In this document: positions 52,241-64,000 of the stretch, in pieces | How the letters are laid out: each line of letters opens with the position of its first letter | How positions within the stretch are numbered: the stretch's first letter is position 1 | Source of the DNA: Octopus vulgaris | Lineage: Eukaryota | Assembly: GCA_951406725.2 (NCBI GenBank) | Contig: OX597830.1 | Span: forward strand, 4,836,001-4,900,000 | DNA: 64,000 bases | Direction of reading: 5' to 3' | Program-made: the position numbers and the translations under genes | The notes under the pieces: generated by a model | Database searches by the model: none | Told to the model about the DNA's origin: nothing | What the model saw: only the letters and a program-made list of their open reading frames with translations

Positions 52241-54959
52241 CTGCATCTATCATTTAGCTAATATAATTCTACTCATGTTTTTAATTCCCTGAACTTTTCT
52301 AATTAATTATGGCTGTAGGTACATTTTGCCTCAGCAAGATGTTTTGGCAAAAGGAGGAATTATTTGCATGTAACTTTGGTGCACTCACAATTGATAAATG
52401 GATGTCGAATGAAAGCAAGAATTATTTTAGTTTTACTTTTAGTCTCTAAGAAGTGGAAGTGAGCAAAGAGGATTAATTTCAAGTTACTAGCTTCACACAT
52501 GGCTGCCTAGAGCGAGAATGGTGTCCTGGATGCTGGTTCATTGCTTATTACACTGTCGTACTTTCAACACAACTCAATGAAATGAATCATTTCTCTAGGA
52601 TAGAATTTCCTGATGTACATGAACAGAAATAGAAACACTGTTAAATATACTTCACACACACACACACAAAGTAGAATCTCATCATTTGTGTCTTTGTGTT
52701 TAAAGGGGTGGTGGGCATGGGGAGATAAATTTTTCAGCAACTTAAATAAAACATTTAATAGAAAATACCAGTATTTTAATAATGGCAAGTGGAATGTAAA
52801 ATACATCAGATTTTGATTTTGTTTAGGTTAAAGCTTTAAGATGGATGAAAATAGCATTTATAAACATCAAAAAGGAACTCATTCATGTAACTATAATTCT
52901 ACTGACTTTGTTCCATTTTGGTATTTATATCTAGAAATTATTCTGGATTTCTCTAGAGAAGGTACAGTAACTACACAGTGTGTGTGGTGCATATGTATGT
53001 ATTATGTACTCGTGTCTATCTGCATGCTAATACTTCTACATGCACACTTATACACATATTGCCAAAATACAGTTACAGTTTTAAAATCAAAATGAGACAC
53101 TGATAAGCACCACTAACTAATGAAGTGTGGGGAAAATGTTAAAATAAAATTTTGTCACTAGAAGAACCAAAATCACTGGGCATGTGATCTCTGTTTCCAA
53201 CCAGACTTTCAAATGCTACATAATAATAATAGTTCTCGGTGATTCTACACTAAATCTTGACTCTGTTTGAAGATCAGTTTGGCTTGAACCATTTTCTAAT
53301 TTGCCCACTAAAAACACAAAAAAGCAAAAAAAGAATTATTAATCAGTATTTGCATACGTATTGGTAGCATTTGCTGGAATTTGATAGAATGATATTATCT
53401 GGGATTATTAATATTGATGGTATTTATTTGAATAAATATTTATCATGAACATTTTACAAATATTCCTATATTTGATATGTATCCCTTAAAGCTTAATGTT
53501 TCTGGGAATTGTTTGTACTTCACCAATTTTAAGATAAACCTAATTTTCATTGATTTTCTATTCCCTCTCTCTCTCTCTCATGGGTGTGTGTGTGGTGCAT
53601 GTGGTGTGTGCGTGTGTATGAGAGAGAGACATATGGTTACATGCATACATAAATATGACCATATTTCCATCTAATTCAGAGATTATATCAGTCACATATA
53701 CTAACGTATAAATTTTTTAAAGGTCACATTTAATATGTAAAATGATGTGAGATTCATGAGAAAGCATTTATTCAGAACTTGAAGCATGTGATTTTAAACC
53801 TCTTTTATTTACATATGACTTATGTATTTCTTTGCACAGTTGTGTTTAAATTTTCTGTGAATAGCAATAGAAATATTATAAATATAACTGAGAAGTTGAC
53901 ATTATAAAGAATATTCACAAGTGAAATTCTAGATATAGCCATTTATGCACGTATTTAAATTTTACAGAATCATCAACATGACGTGTGCAGAGAAATACTG
54001 ATGTTAAAATATTCACAACACAAGGACACACATACAGACACCATTTACGTCTAGAATCTCACACTCACAAACAAACACATACATACACGTATCTCGTTAT
54101 ATAATTTGAAAATGTTTTTGATTGAGAAAAATTGCCATTTATTTAATCCCTTTTATAGAAATATCTATTAGAAGTGTGTGTGTGTGTGTGTGTACTTAAA
54201 ATGGTTTTGGTAAAATTTATTTTTCCTTCATGCACTTTCAACTAAACTAACTGTATAGAAATGACATTTCTATACTTTACTGTTCAATGCATTGATAGGA
54301 AATTGGATGGAATCAGCTGTTGTTGACAAGTCAACTGTGTGTGCATGCATGTGTGTGTGTGTGTGTCTGTTTGTCTATATAGAGCAAGTGTATGAAATAT
54401 TAAAGAGATAAGATATTGTTAATATAGCACTATGATTTTGTTTGTCATGTTTTTTTTTATGCCATCAAATTGAAGTAGGGAATCTTTCAACATAATTCTA
54501 TCAATTATCAAATGAATGTAGCAACAAGTCATTATTACTCTGATGAGAAATAAAGTCATTTGATACATGCTGTGAAGGAATTAGACATTAGTGTCACATT
54601 TACTAAATTCTAATATGTAAAATGAATTTCATGGAAAGGAATTCCACAAAAGTTTTTGTGAAATTTTATTTGAGCTGAAATCCTTTCAAGTTGCTTTTCT
54701 CTCTCTCCTTTTGTCAGTTGAGGCTATTTTTTCTTTAGTCTCAATATTTCTACTTAATTCAGTTTGAAATACTTTACATACTTTTATGAGGACACTCTTC
54801 ATTAAAGTAACTTTGGCAAGTCTAGAAAAGCAATTCAGTTTCATATATATATATATATATAATATATAATATATATATAGACACACAAATGTCGAATGAT
54901 GAAGATAAGTGCTAAACACTGCATTGTATGCATGTATATATATATACACATATAGATAG

Positions 54960-55530
54960 ATACAAAAATTCTATATTTATAAGCATAATTATAATTAGGG
55001 TTCAGCAAAATTGCTTGACCACATAGGGAAATTTAGAAATAGCAGTTAAATACTATTCCACTACCATAAGAAATCTCCCAGACAGCAATACTCCCAACTC
55101 ACGCAGGTAAAGAGTAAAAATAACGAATCCTCCCAGCTTTGCTCAACTATATACACTTTTCTGGAATAAAGAGATGCAAAATTATTTTTACTCACTTATT
55201 TCCATCTTCAGTATAGTATTTCAATATTTTAATTATTTTAATTATTAGTATTCTCAAATTTATAATTGAAATACTATACTGAAGATGGAAATAAGTGAGT
55301 AAAAATAATTTTGCATCTCTTTATTCCAGAAAAGTGTATATAGTTGAGCAAAGCTGGGTGGATTCGTTATTTTTACTCTTTACCTGCGTGAGTTGGGAGT
55401 ATTGCTGTCTGGGAGATTTCTTATGATAGTAGAATAGTATTTAACTGCTATTTCTAAATTTCACTATGTGGTGAAGCAATTTTGCTGAATCCTAATTATA
55501 ATTATGCTCATAATTATAGAATTTTTGTAT
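54960..55530. repeat. Long palindrome: 266-bp arms (54960-55225 and 55265-55530), 39-bp spacer; probably inverted Penelope-like terminal repeats
   Basis: Arms aligned by eye show about 8 mismatches and no indels. Confidence 0.93.
55273..55344 (+). ncRNA. Type-I hammerhead ribozyme-like motif (mirror copy on the minus strand in the left arm)
   Basis: actata | CTGAAGA | tggaaataag...ctttattcca (stem II) | GAAA | agtGTA | tatagt (pairs with actata). Core boxes are intact; stem III is minimal and non-canonical. Confidence 0.55.
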
Positions 55531-55699
55531 AAGGTTACTGATAATGCTTCTTTTAACATACCAAACTACTTGGTAAAATTATTAATTATTAATTAATTAA
55601 TTAATTAATTTTATCCTTTATATAGATAGATATATACACACACACACTTCTTACATATGTGTGAGTATGTGTGTAAGTCCATAAGTCAGGAAAAAATGG

Positions 55700-56158
55700 C
55701 CTCCTACACTTGTCAGTCGAGTGGGCATATTAATCAAAGTGTACATGTCCACTAAGCAGCCACCGTAATATGGAGACCGTGGTACGAAGGCACAGGTAAG
55801 AACAATAGGACCAAACAGGCAACAAAACATGTAAAAGTACACAAGAGTAACTGAACACCTCTTCAAAACCCACTATAGCAACCACAATTCCTCCTTTAAC
55901 ATCCCAGAGAGACGTAACATCACAACCCTGGCCAAGCACGTAAGGTCGTTGAAAGAAAGTGTCACTGCTTACCACATAAAGTAGAAGACTCTAGAAATAT
56001 GTAAAGCATACTTTAATAGCAGCAGGAAGTGTAGATTATATCTGGCTGAGAAAAGAGAGATTTTAAAGAGCATCAATCTGAACAGGACAAGTGAAATTTT
56101 TAATCCTTGCCCACATGAAAGGAAGTACATCCTATCATACCTGTGTGCCCCATCGTGA
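55700..56158 (+). mobile_element. Penelope-like element GIY-YIG endonuclease remnant, pseudogenised
   Basis: TCPLSSHRNMETVV / AQV...*KYTRVTEHLFKTHYSNHNSSF...TTLAKHVRSLK...YHIK*KTLEICKAYFNSSRKCRLYLAEKREI...LNRTSEIFNPCPHERKY follows the PLE pattern CPLxGxC..VVY..YxGxTE..FKxRYxNH..SF..L.K..W.LK..CxLCLxEK..LNxRxE..CxH. Two in-frame stops plus small indels. Confidence 0.82.
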
Positions 56159-59100
56159 CTATAATCATCAGTCTCTAAGCTGTGGCCCTCCGCCAATACC
56201 TTCGAGTCTGGCAAAGAGTTTGACAAGAACATACACAACCACACCTACAAACACAAATGTATGGCTGGATGAATACACCTTTGTCTTGGTATGCGCACAT
56301 TGCTTGTAAAAAAGTGCCATGTTATTCATATAATGTCAAGTGTTTGCAGTCATCTGCAAAAGCCTGTTCTGTGGTTTCTTTTTCAATGGATTGATAGAAT
56401 AGAAGAATTATTGTCTTTCTTGGAAGCAGGTGAGGTTTGATATCAGAAAAGTCACCTGGCTGTGGAAATCTTCTCCAGTAAAGTCTCAGTCGACCTATAC
56501 AAACATGGAAAAGTAGACATTCAAACAGCAACTTCAAGTCTCTACCCTATTCTGTTAAGACCAAAATATTTACATTGTCAAAACACAGGTTTCATCAAGT
56601 ATTTTCAAAGACTATACACCAAGCGAAATATTTGTTTTCCTGCCATAACCTGTTCTAACCAGTTCGTAACATCTTTCTCACCATTGATACCTTATTCATT
56701 ATTTAGTTGTTTTGTGCCTATCAGCTGGCATTACATTCATAACTATTAATGTTTTAATTTGTTGCTGTACGTTGTAATCAACATGATTTATTGGCTGTGT
56801 TGTCTGTACATGGGTGTGATATGTAACAAAGTGGCCAAACCAAGCAACAGTAACAAACAAATATATACGTGTATACACACACATATATACACATGCAGAC
56901 ATATACATACATTTGTGTGTGTGTTAAGGTTGATCATCACTACTGTGACATCTTTGAGATCTGAAGGGTGCTAGAAGACCCGAATTTGCCGGAGTGCAAC
57001 ATGATCAAGGGAGGATATACTAACCCCTCATTGCTACCTTAAGAATATATAAATTTGTAAATGTTAGTTGATAAAGAAACAGGAAACTTTAAAGGAAAAA
57101 ATCAAGTGAAATTTGTCAATGACTTACAACTAAAAACTTCACAGCTGGTTCCAAAGTGAAGCGCTGGAATTTTTGAGCAAACTTATTCCCATATTATGAG
57201 GTAAAGATATGTTAGGTTTGGCATTTCCTTAAGTTGATGAGCTACTGGGATTCTTATTTCCTTCATTTTGGAAATTGACTATGATGATGATGATGATGAT
57301 GTTAGTGACAGCACATTCGGGTGAGGAGTTGTTTGAAGCCACTGGAATTTTGAATAATGCCTTTTCTCTTCCATGGCTTTAGCTACTTTATTTCACCATA
57401 TTTTGTAAGGTGTTTCATATATTTAGGTTTTCCTTGATAAATTTATCCTGCAGCATGTAAACATCTATTATCAGTTGTTCATTTATAAAATTGCATTGCT
57501 CCCAACCTTTTAGCAGTTCACACCTGTCAACTGAATTTATCTATCAATAGAGGCCCTCCTGCCACATTCTCTGTATTTCATCACTCTCTCTGTCTCTCCC
57601 TCTCTTCTACACTGGCTTATTACTGTGGACTTGTAACCATTTGCACACTGAGTTAGTGTAACGAAGAACATTAGTTGTATTTTCATCTACATTCATCCAT
57701 ACCCCAACATTATGTTCATCCACTCTCAATACAAGATCCTTTGCTGCAGGATTAAATAATGTTAAATGATGTGCGTAAGTGTACAAAACATTTCTGTTCT
57801 ATTTTGCCTTTGAATCCCTAAATCCATGTGAAGTCATTTCCAATGTCTTCATCGAATGCAAACACAAACATCAGTCCTAGCCACAGCTTGTGTCATTCCT
57901 TTTTCAATGTGGATTCTTCTACATGTGTAAGTAATGCTCATTATAGATTTATGCAGCAAATGGCACCACCAGAAGTTACTGATTTGTTGATGTAGCAACC
58001 AGGAAGATTTGAGACTAAAAGTAGGTCAGCTAAAATTTGAGCTGGATTAGTGACAGAGCCAGATTAGTGATTTCCAGATCAGTGATGGACAACCCATGTA
58101 CTGTTTTGTCCTCTGGGATAGAAAAACAAACATAAGAGATCTTGCAATTCATTCTGTTAAGTTATGAGATAATACTTTATAAACACAGACATAAGAATTT
58201 TTAAAATCATTTTTTCCAAATTTTGTTTCTATGATTGAAATTCAGTATATTTAAACTACTTGAAAGCAAGGAGAAAATTTAATTTATATTAAATGTAGTT
58301 ATGAGTGATACCCTTTTTTTATATTCAGAGTTTATTGAAAACCAAAAAGAGAATTATATTTACAATAAATTATAATTGAAGAGCATATATTTTTATTCAT
58401 AGATATGATCGTAAAATTATATTTTCCAATACATTCAATCTGGTATTTGTTTTCTCTTGTTTCCAGTGTATTTTTGCCATTTATTTGTGAAGTAGAAAAG
58501 ATTACTATTGTACATTCTGGAGTGGGCTGGATAGAAATAAAGCTATAAAAGATATTTTGTAATTCCAAGGTCAATTCCCTTAATTACAGGCTGCTCTAAA
58601 TTCAAGGTGCCACACCCTAATTATGGAATTGAAGAATCAATACCACATTACTATTAAGATAGTGTTTTTAATCAGTATTCTCCACAACTTGAGAAATATT
58701 GTGTTTATTAACATGGTGCCTCACCAGTGATTATGTTTAATGTCTGGCTGCTAAATTTTTAACCAACCTTGCATATTTATTATATCAAAATGGAACCAGT
58801 CAATGAATCTGGAATAAATCATTCTAATTTATTATCTAATACATTTTATGGTGGAAAATATTTTCAAAATTACTATAGTCCTAAAACAAGAATGCAATTA
58901 AAACTATTGGTTTAATTAAAAAAGAAAGTGCCTAATTTTATTTTTAATTTTTACTGGTTTCACACTATAAAACACAGCAATATATTAGACATGCTACAAG
59001 CTTCTCTATATCTTTACCACTAAACTAAAGCATGTAATTATTTCTGCTTTTAGAATGCTCAAAGCATTCTCACAAGAAATTAATTTTAGTATTCATTACA

Positions 59101-59964
59101 GAATATTATACCATTATGTTTTGTTTTACTTGTACCTTTTTGCTAAGCTCATATGCAATCACATTTTCCTTTGGTTTTAATATAATTCTATTAGATCACT
59201 TACTGTTTATTTTAATCTGTTTAATAAAGATTGTGTTTAACTAGTTTTATTTTTGATTTAGTTTTTTTAGTTTTTAAACTTATTTTTCATTATCTAGTTT
59301 CCTTGGAATATATTTTAACTTTGTAATTTTTAATTGTACAATAATTTAAAAATAATCTAATGTTTAGAAACTTGTCAAACCCTCAAATACTATCTCATTA
59401 AAAAGTGTAGTGATGTCGTAAAAAATTAATATATTTATTAGTAAAGTTTGCCCTTTGAAGATATGATCAGAGATTCAAAATGTATCCAAAGTACATATAA
59501 TTTTAATCAGTTATCATATAGAACAGACATATAAGTCACAAGGGTTATAGATACTGCTTTTTGCAAAATATAAAATCTCTTATTTCCTCAAAATTTCTAT
59601 TTGGTATACTTTATCTCAGCTCATTGCTTCAGAACAATGGGCATTAAGCAGTTATTTTACTGTGTCCATTTGCATTATGTGTTCAAATATTGCAACTATC
59701 AAATTTACCTTTCAACATTTTCAGGCCAATCTATGTATTAATACAATAGTATGTTCCTACCTACCTTTTGCATCATGTTAAAGGAAGTAACTTAAATAAA
59801 CTGTAAGTGGTAACTGGTGATGGCAGGAGTAATGTTGTTAGTCATCATAGTAACAGTGATGGGGTGGGGAGGGGGTGGCAACATCACTGCTAAACAACAA
59901 TTACCTGCATTTGGTTGCATACCTTGAAATCATACAGTACATGTTTTTAACTTTTTGTTGACAA

Positions 59965-60378
59965 GGCGCAGGAGTGGCTGTGTGGTAAGTAGCTTGCTTA
60001 CTAACCACATGGTTCCGAGTTCAGTCCCACTGCGTGGCTCCTTGGGCAAGTGTCTTCTACTATAGCTTCAGGCCGACCAAAGGCTTGGGAGTGGATTTGG
60101 TAGATAGAAACTGAAAGAAGCCCGTCGTATATATGTATATGTATATATTTGTGTATGTGTGTGTATATGTTTGTGTGTCTGTGTGTCTCCCAACATCGCC
60201 TGACAACCGATGCTGGTGTGTTTATGTCCCCGTCACATAGCGGTACGGCAAGAGAGACTGATAGAATAAGTACTAGGCTTACAAAGAATAAGTCCCAGGG
60301 TCGATTTGTTCGACTAAAGGCAGTGCTCCAGCATGGCCGCAGTCAAATGAATGAAACAAATAAAAGAGTAAAGAGAGT
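59965..60378 (+). mobile_element. SINE family A, full length, young
   Basis: ggcgcaggagtggctgtgtggtaag...gagttcagtcccac...cagcatggccgcagtcaaatga...taaaagagtaaagag. Confidence 0.92.
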
Positions 60379-60629
60379 AAGAATATTAGTATATTGTTTA
60401 CCTCAAATTCTTTACAACATACAACTATCATCATCGCTCTCATTAACTAACATTCTAACCAACATCATTACCATGAATTATTCCACTACTCAGAGTGTAT
60501 GCATGCATGAATGCATACATGTGTAAGTGCGTGGGCACACATGCATGTGTGCATGCCACAATTTCCTCTTCCACACTTCCCTTTCTATCTTGCCTACAAT
60601 TTGCATCTTCTTCATTATCACAATAACAA

Positions 60630-60887
60630 TGGCCCCCGTGCCAGTGGCACGTAAAAAGCACCATCTGATCATAGCCGTTTGCCAGCCTCGTCTGGCACAT
60701 GTGCCGGTGGCACGTTAAAATCACCCACTACACTCACGGAGTGGTTGGCGTTAGGAAGGGCATCCAGCTGTAGAAACATTGCCAGATCAGACTGGGCCTG
60801 GTGCAGCCTTCTGGCTTCCCAGACCCCGGTCGAACCGTCCAACCCATGCTAGCATGGAAAGCGGACGTTAAACGATGATGATGATGA
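60630..60887 (+). mobile_element. RTE-tail retroposon (family C)
   Basis: About two internal units plus the conserved tail and (GAT)n. Confidence 0.88.
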
Positions 60888-62972
60888 GCTACTATTCTCA
60901 ATTTTCACCAGTAAAAACGTCAATGAAATACAAGAGTGTATGTCCTACCACAAAAATTGACAGTTTGTTAATGTTATCGGAGCTTACATTCAATTTTTCT
61001 AATTTCAAATTACTTAAGATTTATACATTTTGAAAAAGAGAAAGACAGCGTTTATGTTAAATAATGATCACACTGGAATTAAATAATACCTCAGAAATGC
61101 TTCTCTGTTTCATTTTTGTTTCAGTATTGTTCATTCATGGCTTAAATAAATATATATTACTGAAAGATTATTTTTACAGCAGGAAACCCTTTCCTGTAAC
61201 TAACCTTTTCCTATTTTCTAGGTGAAGGTGTTTCAATTCCACTCATCTTTGAAAGCACAGAGCTTGCAGGTGATTTATTGACAGGGAAATGTCAACAAAC
61301 ATCACTTTTCAAAGATGAGTAGAAAGTAAACAGTCCTACAGACTCACACACACACACACTTGTATGTACATACATGCACACCAACCTTTATGGTTTCCAT
61401 ATATCTCACAAGACATTGCCAGCCAGGGCTTTAGTACAAGGTACCATGCAATGGGACTAAATCTAAAACCATTTAGTTAAGAAGGAAAATAAATATTATA
61501 AAGGTAAATTGATACAAAGAAGCCAATTATATTCTTTTTAAAGCTGAGATTCCATTACTTCCATTACATGAGAAAATAAAAACAACATTCTATAAACGTC
61601 TTTGAAAATGTATTTTCATTTTTACAATTTTACTGAAATATTTAACCCACGCATCTTAATAAGAACAAGTAAATATTTAAATACAAGAATAAACATTTCT
61701 TAACTTTCACACATATACACAGATGAAGAATCACATCACATACTTGCAGGCATGCATAAGTATGCACACATATGCACAAGTATGAAAGGAAACATTTCCT
61801 GTTAGTGCAGTAATTATGATGTTCAACAACTGGTGAACGTTTTTATAAACAAAAAAATTGACTTCAAACGATTATGTTGTAATTTAAAAGAATTCTTTGG
61901 TATACAGGAAGTATTTGCAAGATTTTATGAAAACGGGGTCAGAACTGATGTTTATATATGATCGTCAGCATATAAAAACCTTCAGCTGTAAATTCATGAT
62001 GTCTCTTGGTGCCTTTAAGGATTGCATAGCACACACATTTATTCACATCTATAATTGTGAATGTAGGTTGAACATTTATATCAGGCAGCTAATCTATTGT
62101 GAGCATAATTAGTTTAGAAGTCGTTCCTTTCAAATGTCAGATCTCTGATATTTGAACAAATAAAGAATTTAATTCTGGATAATGTAAGATGACTTCCTTA
62201 CCCAATTCAAGAATGTAAAATCCTTTTCAGTTTGAATACTTTAGAATCTCAGAAAGTACTTGTATGTGATACAAAAAGCCCCTAATCAAATAAAACACCA
62301 GCGATCCACAACTATACAGTTCCACATAGGGTCACACACACCTAAACAGTGGTGGATCTCCAACATTTAACAATGGAATTACCTTGAAACTGCATGCGAA
62401 GGGTTGATTCCTCAGCAGAATCAATGACACTGTGTGGCAAAGCTCTACCTTTAAACTCCAAGTAATTCTATCTGAGACATCTTTACAGGTTCTATCTCCA
62501 TAATTTCACTTACAAATTATGGGTCAACCCAAGGTTAAAGAAAATATTTCCCTAAGATGTCATACAGTTGGACTGAACCTAGGACCTTGTAAGTGTGAGA
62601 CAAGCGTTTTAATTACTCGGCCATATTGTATCACATATACAGTGCAAAGAAACTAAATGAATATTTATTTATTATTATCCTTGAAAATAAGAATTACAAA
62701 ACTGCAGGTGTTTCAAGATAATGATAAGACTCCCATGATAAACATAGTCTGGATAAGAATTCCATGTCTACAATAATATTTTCTTTCTCAGTTAATTCCA
62801 GTTTATTCAGGGAGAGTTGATTCACAGAATGTGATAACTACATTCCTCCATTCCATTCTTACAATGACAAACAAGTTAAATACTTCTGAATGTCTTTGCT
62901 ACTAAAACATTTTCCTTAGATGAGCGAAAGCTTGTGCTGTCTCTGGCAAATTCCACACTCTTGATGCACACT

Positions 62973-63029
<57 letters not shown>

Positions 63030-64000
63030 CACTACACAACTTACTGATTAGTGGAAGTGCAGAGCCTAGTGGCTAGAGTGGTTAACCTATGGTCCATTCC
63101 ATAAGGTTTTGTGTTCAATTCCTAGACTTGGCAAAACGTTATTCTATGAGTAAGGATTTTCATTTTACGTTCTTCCAGACTATACAACTGCAAACAATTA
63201 CCAACTGGGCTCTGATGCAGCTTTTTCTTCCTCCAGCTGTTAAATTATGTATGTTCAGTAATTTCAAAAGTAAGGGACCAAATGTGTCTTTATATCTGCT
63301 CATACCTACTTAGAGGCACCAGAAACAATTAACAAAAGCCTGGCAAATATTACCATGTTGCTTTCGATCACAAGTGATACATGGCTGCAGTGTGCTTTGT
63401 ACTTGCTTATTAGTAAAAGCTTTCTGTTTCTTTTTACAGTTTATGAGAATAAAAAAGAAACCTTAAAAGAATATTTGAAATATTTTACCACCAAAATCAA
63501 AAACAAAACATCTGCTTCAATGAGTTAACACCAAAATCCCTATACTTTTATGTACCTATTGCAACTAACCACTGAAATTTGTCACTTTATTAAAAGATTG
63601 AATATTTTTGAAACTCGTTAGCAAGCTACAGAAATTTGTATCAATCTTGAACTACTTGCCAATTAACTGGTTTTATTTAGGCATGTTATGGAGCACTGCT
63701 TTGTCTGCCCATTACTACTCAACTCCTGTAGCATAAAAGACCTTGAAGAGCTTAATATAAATGCAAAGTATTGTGTAAAGAAATGGAAAATTGTCATATA
63801 ACAACTAGGTTTCAAAGAATCTAAAAAAACTGGTCGTCATTAATGGCTAATTTTATGTTGCTGTTGTTGGTATGGTGCCACCTAAAATCATGCTATCACT
63901 ATCAACAAAGATTTAATGTTCCCCATCCCTGTATTATCAAGAATTCAGTAAGTCTTTATGATAGCATGTCTCTGTCTTTCATTGTCTGTCGCATCATACC

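Noticed and set aside
55830-55985. Selenocysteine read-through in the Penelope-like remnant
   Set aside because: The in-frame stops are TAA and TAG, not TGA, and the TAG falls at an expected Trp, consistent with decay.

Overview
AT-rich eukaryotic genomic DNA. The repeat inventory (tRNA-headed SINEs, RTE-type (GAT)n tails, dense TA/CA/AAT microsatellites) suggests an octopus or other coleoid cephalopod; this is inference. I can support only one host coding exon: 12634-12891 (+), a symmetric phase-2 exon encoding an F-spondin-type thrombospondin type-1 repeat of a THSD7A/B-like protein. The rest appears to be its very large flanking introns. These contain several SINE families; 3' fragments of RTE and Dong/R4 LINEs; a Penelope-like GIY-YIG endonuclease remnant; an internally deleted mariner; Helitron-like, piggyBac-like and hAT-like non-autonomous elements; and long microsatellites. 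The most notable observations are: (1) a 571-bp near-perfect palindrome whose arms each carry a type-I hammerhead-ribozyme-like motif, next to the Penelope-like remnant; (2) a tRNA-head/(AAT)n/hammerhead-like SINE candidate interrupted by a Dong-like LINE; (3) a non-coding ~520-bp element inserted strand-specifically into (AAT)n; (4) apparent paired loss of one disulfide in the TSP1 exon. Most ORFs in the supplied track are microsatellite or SINE artefacts. All alignments were done by eye and repeat boundaries are approximate.
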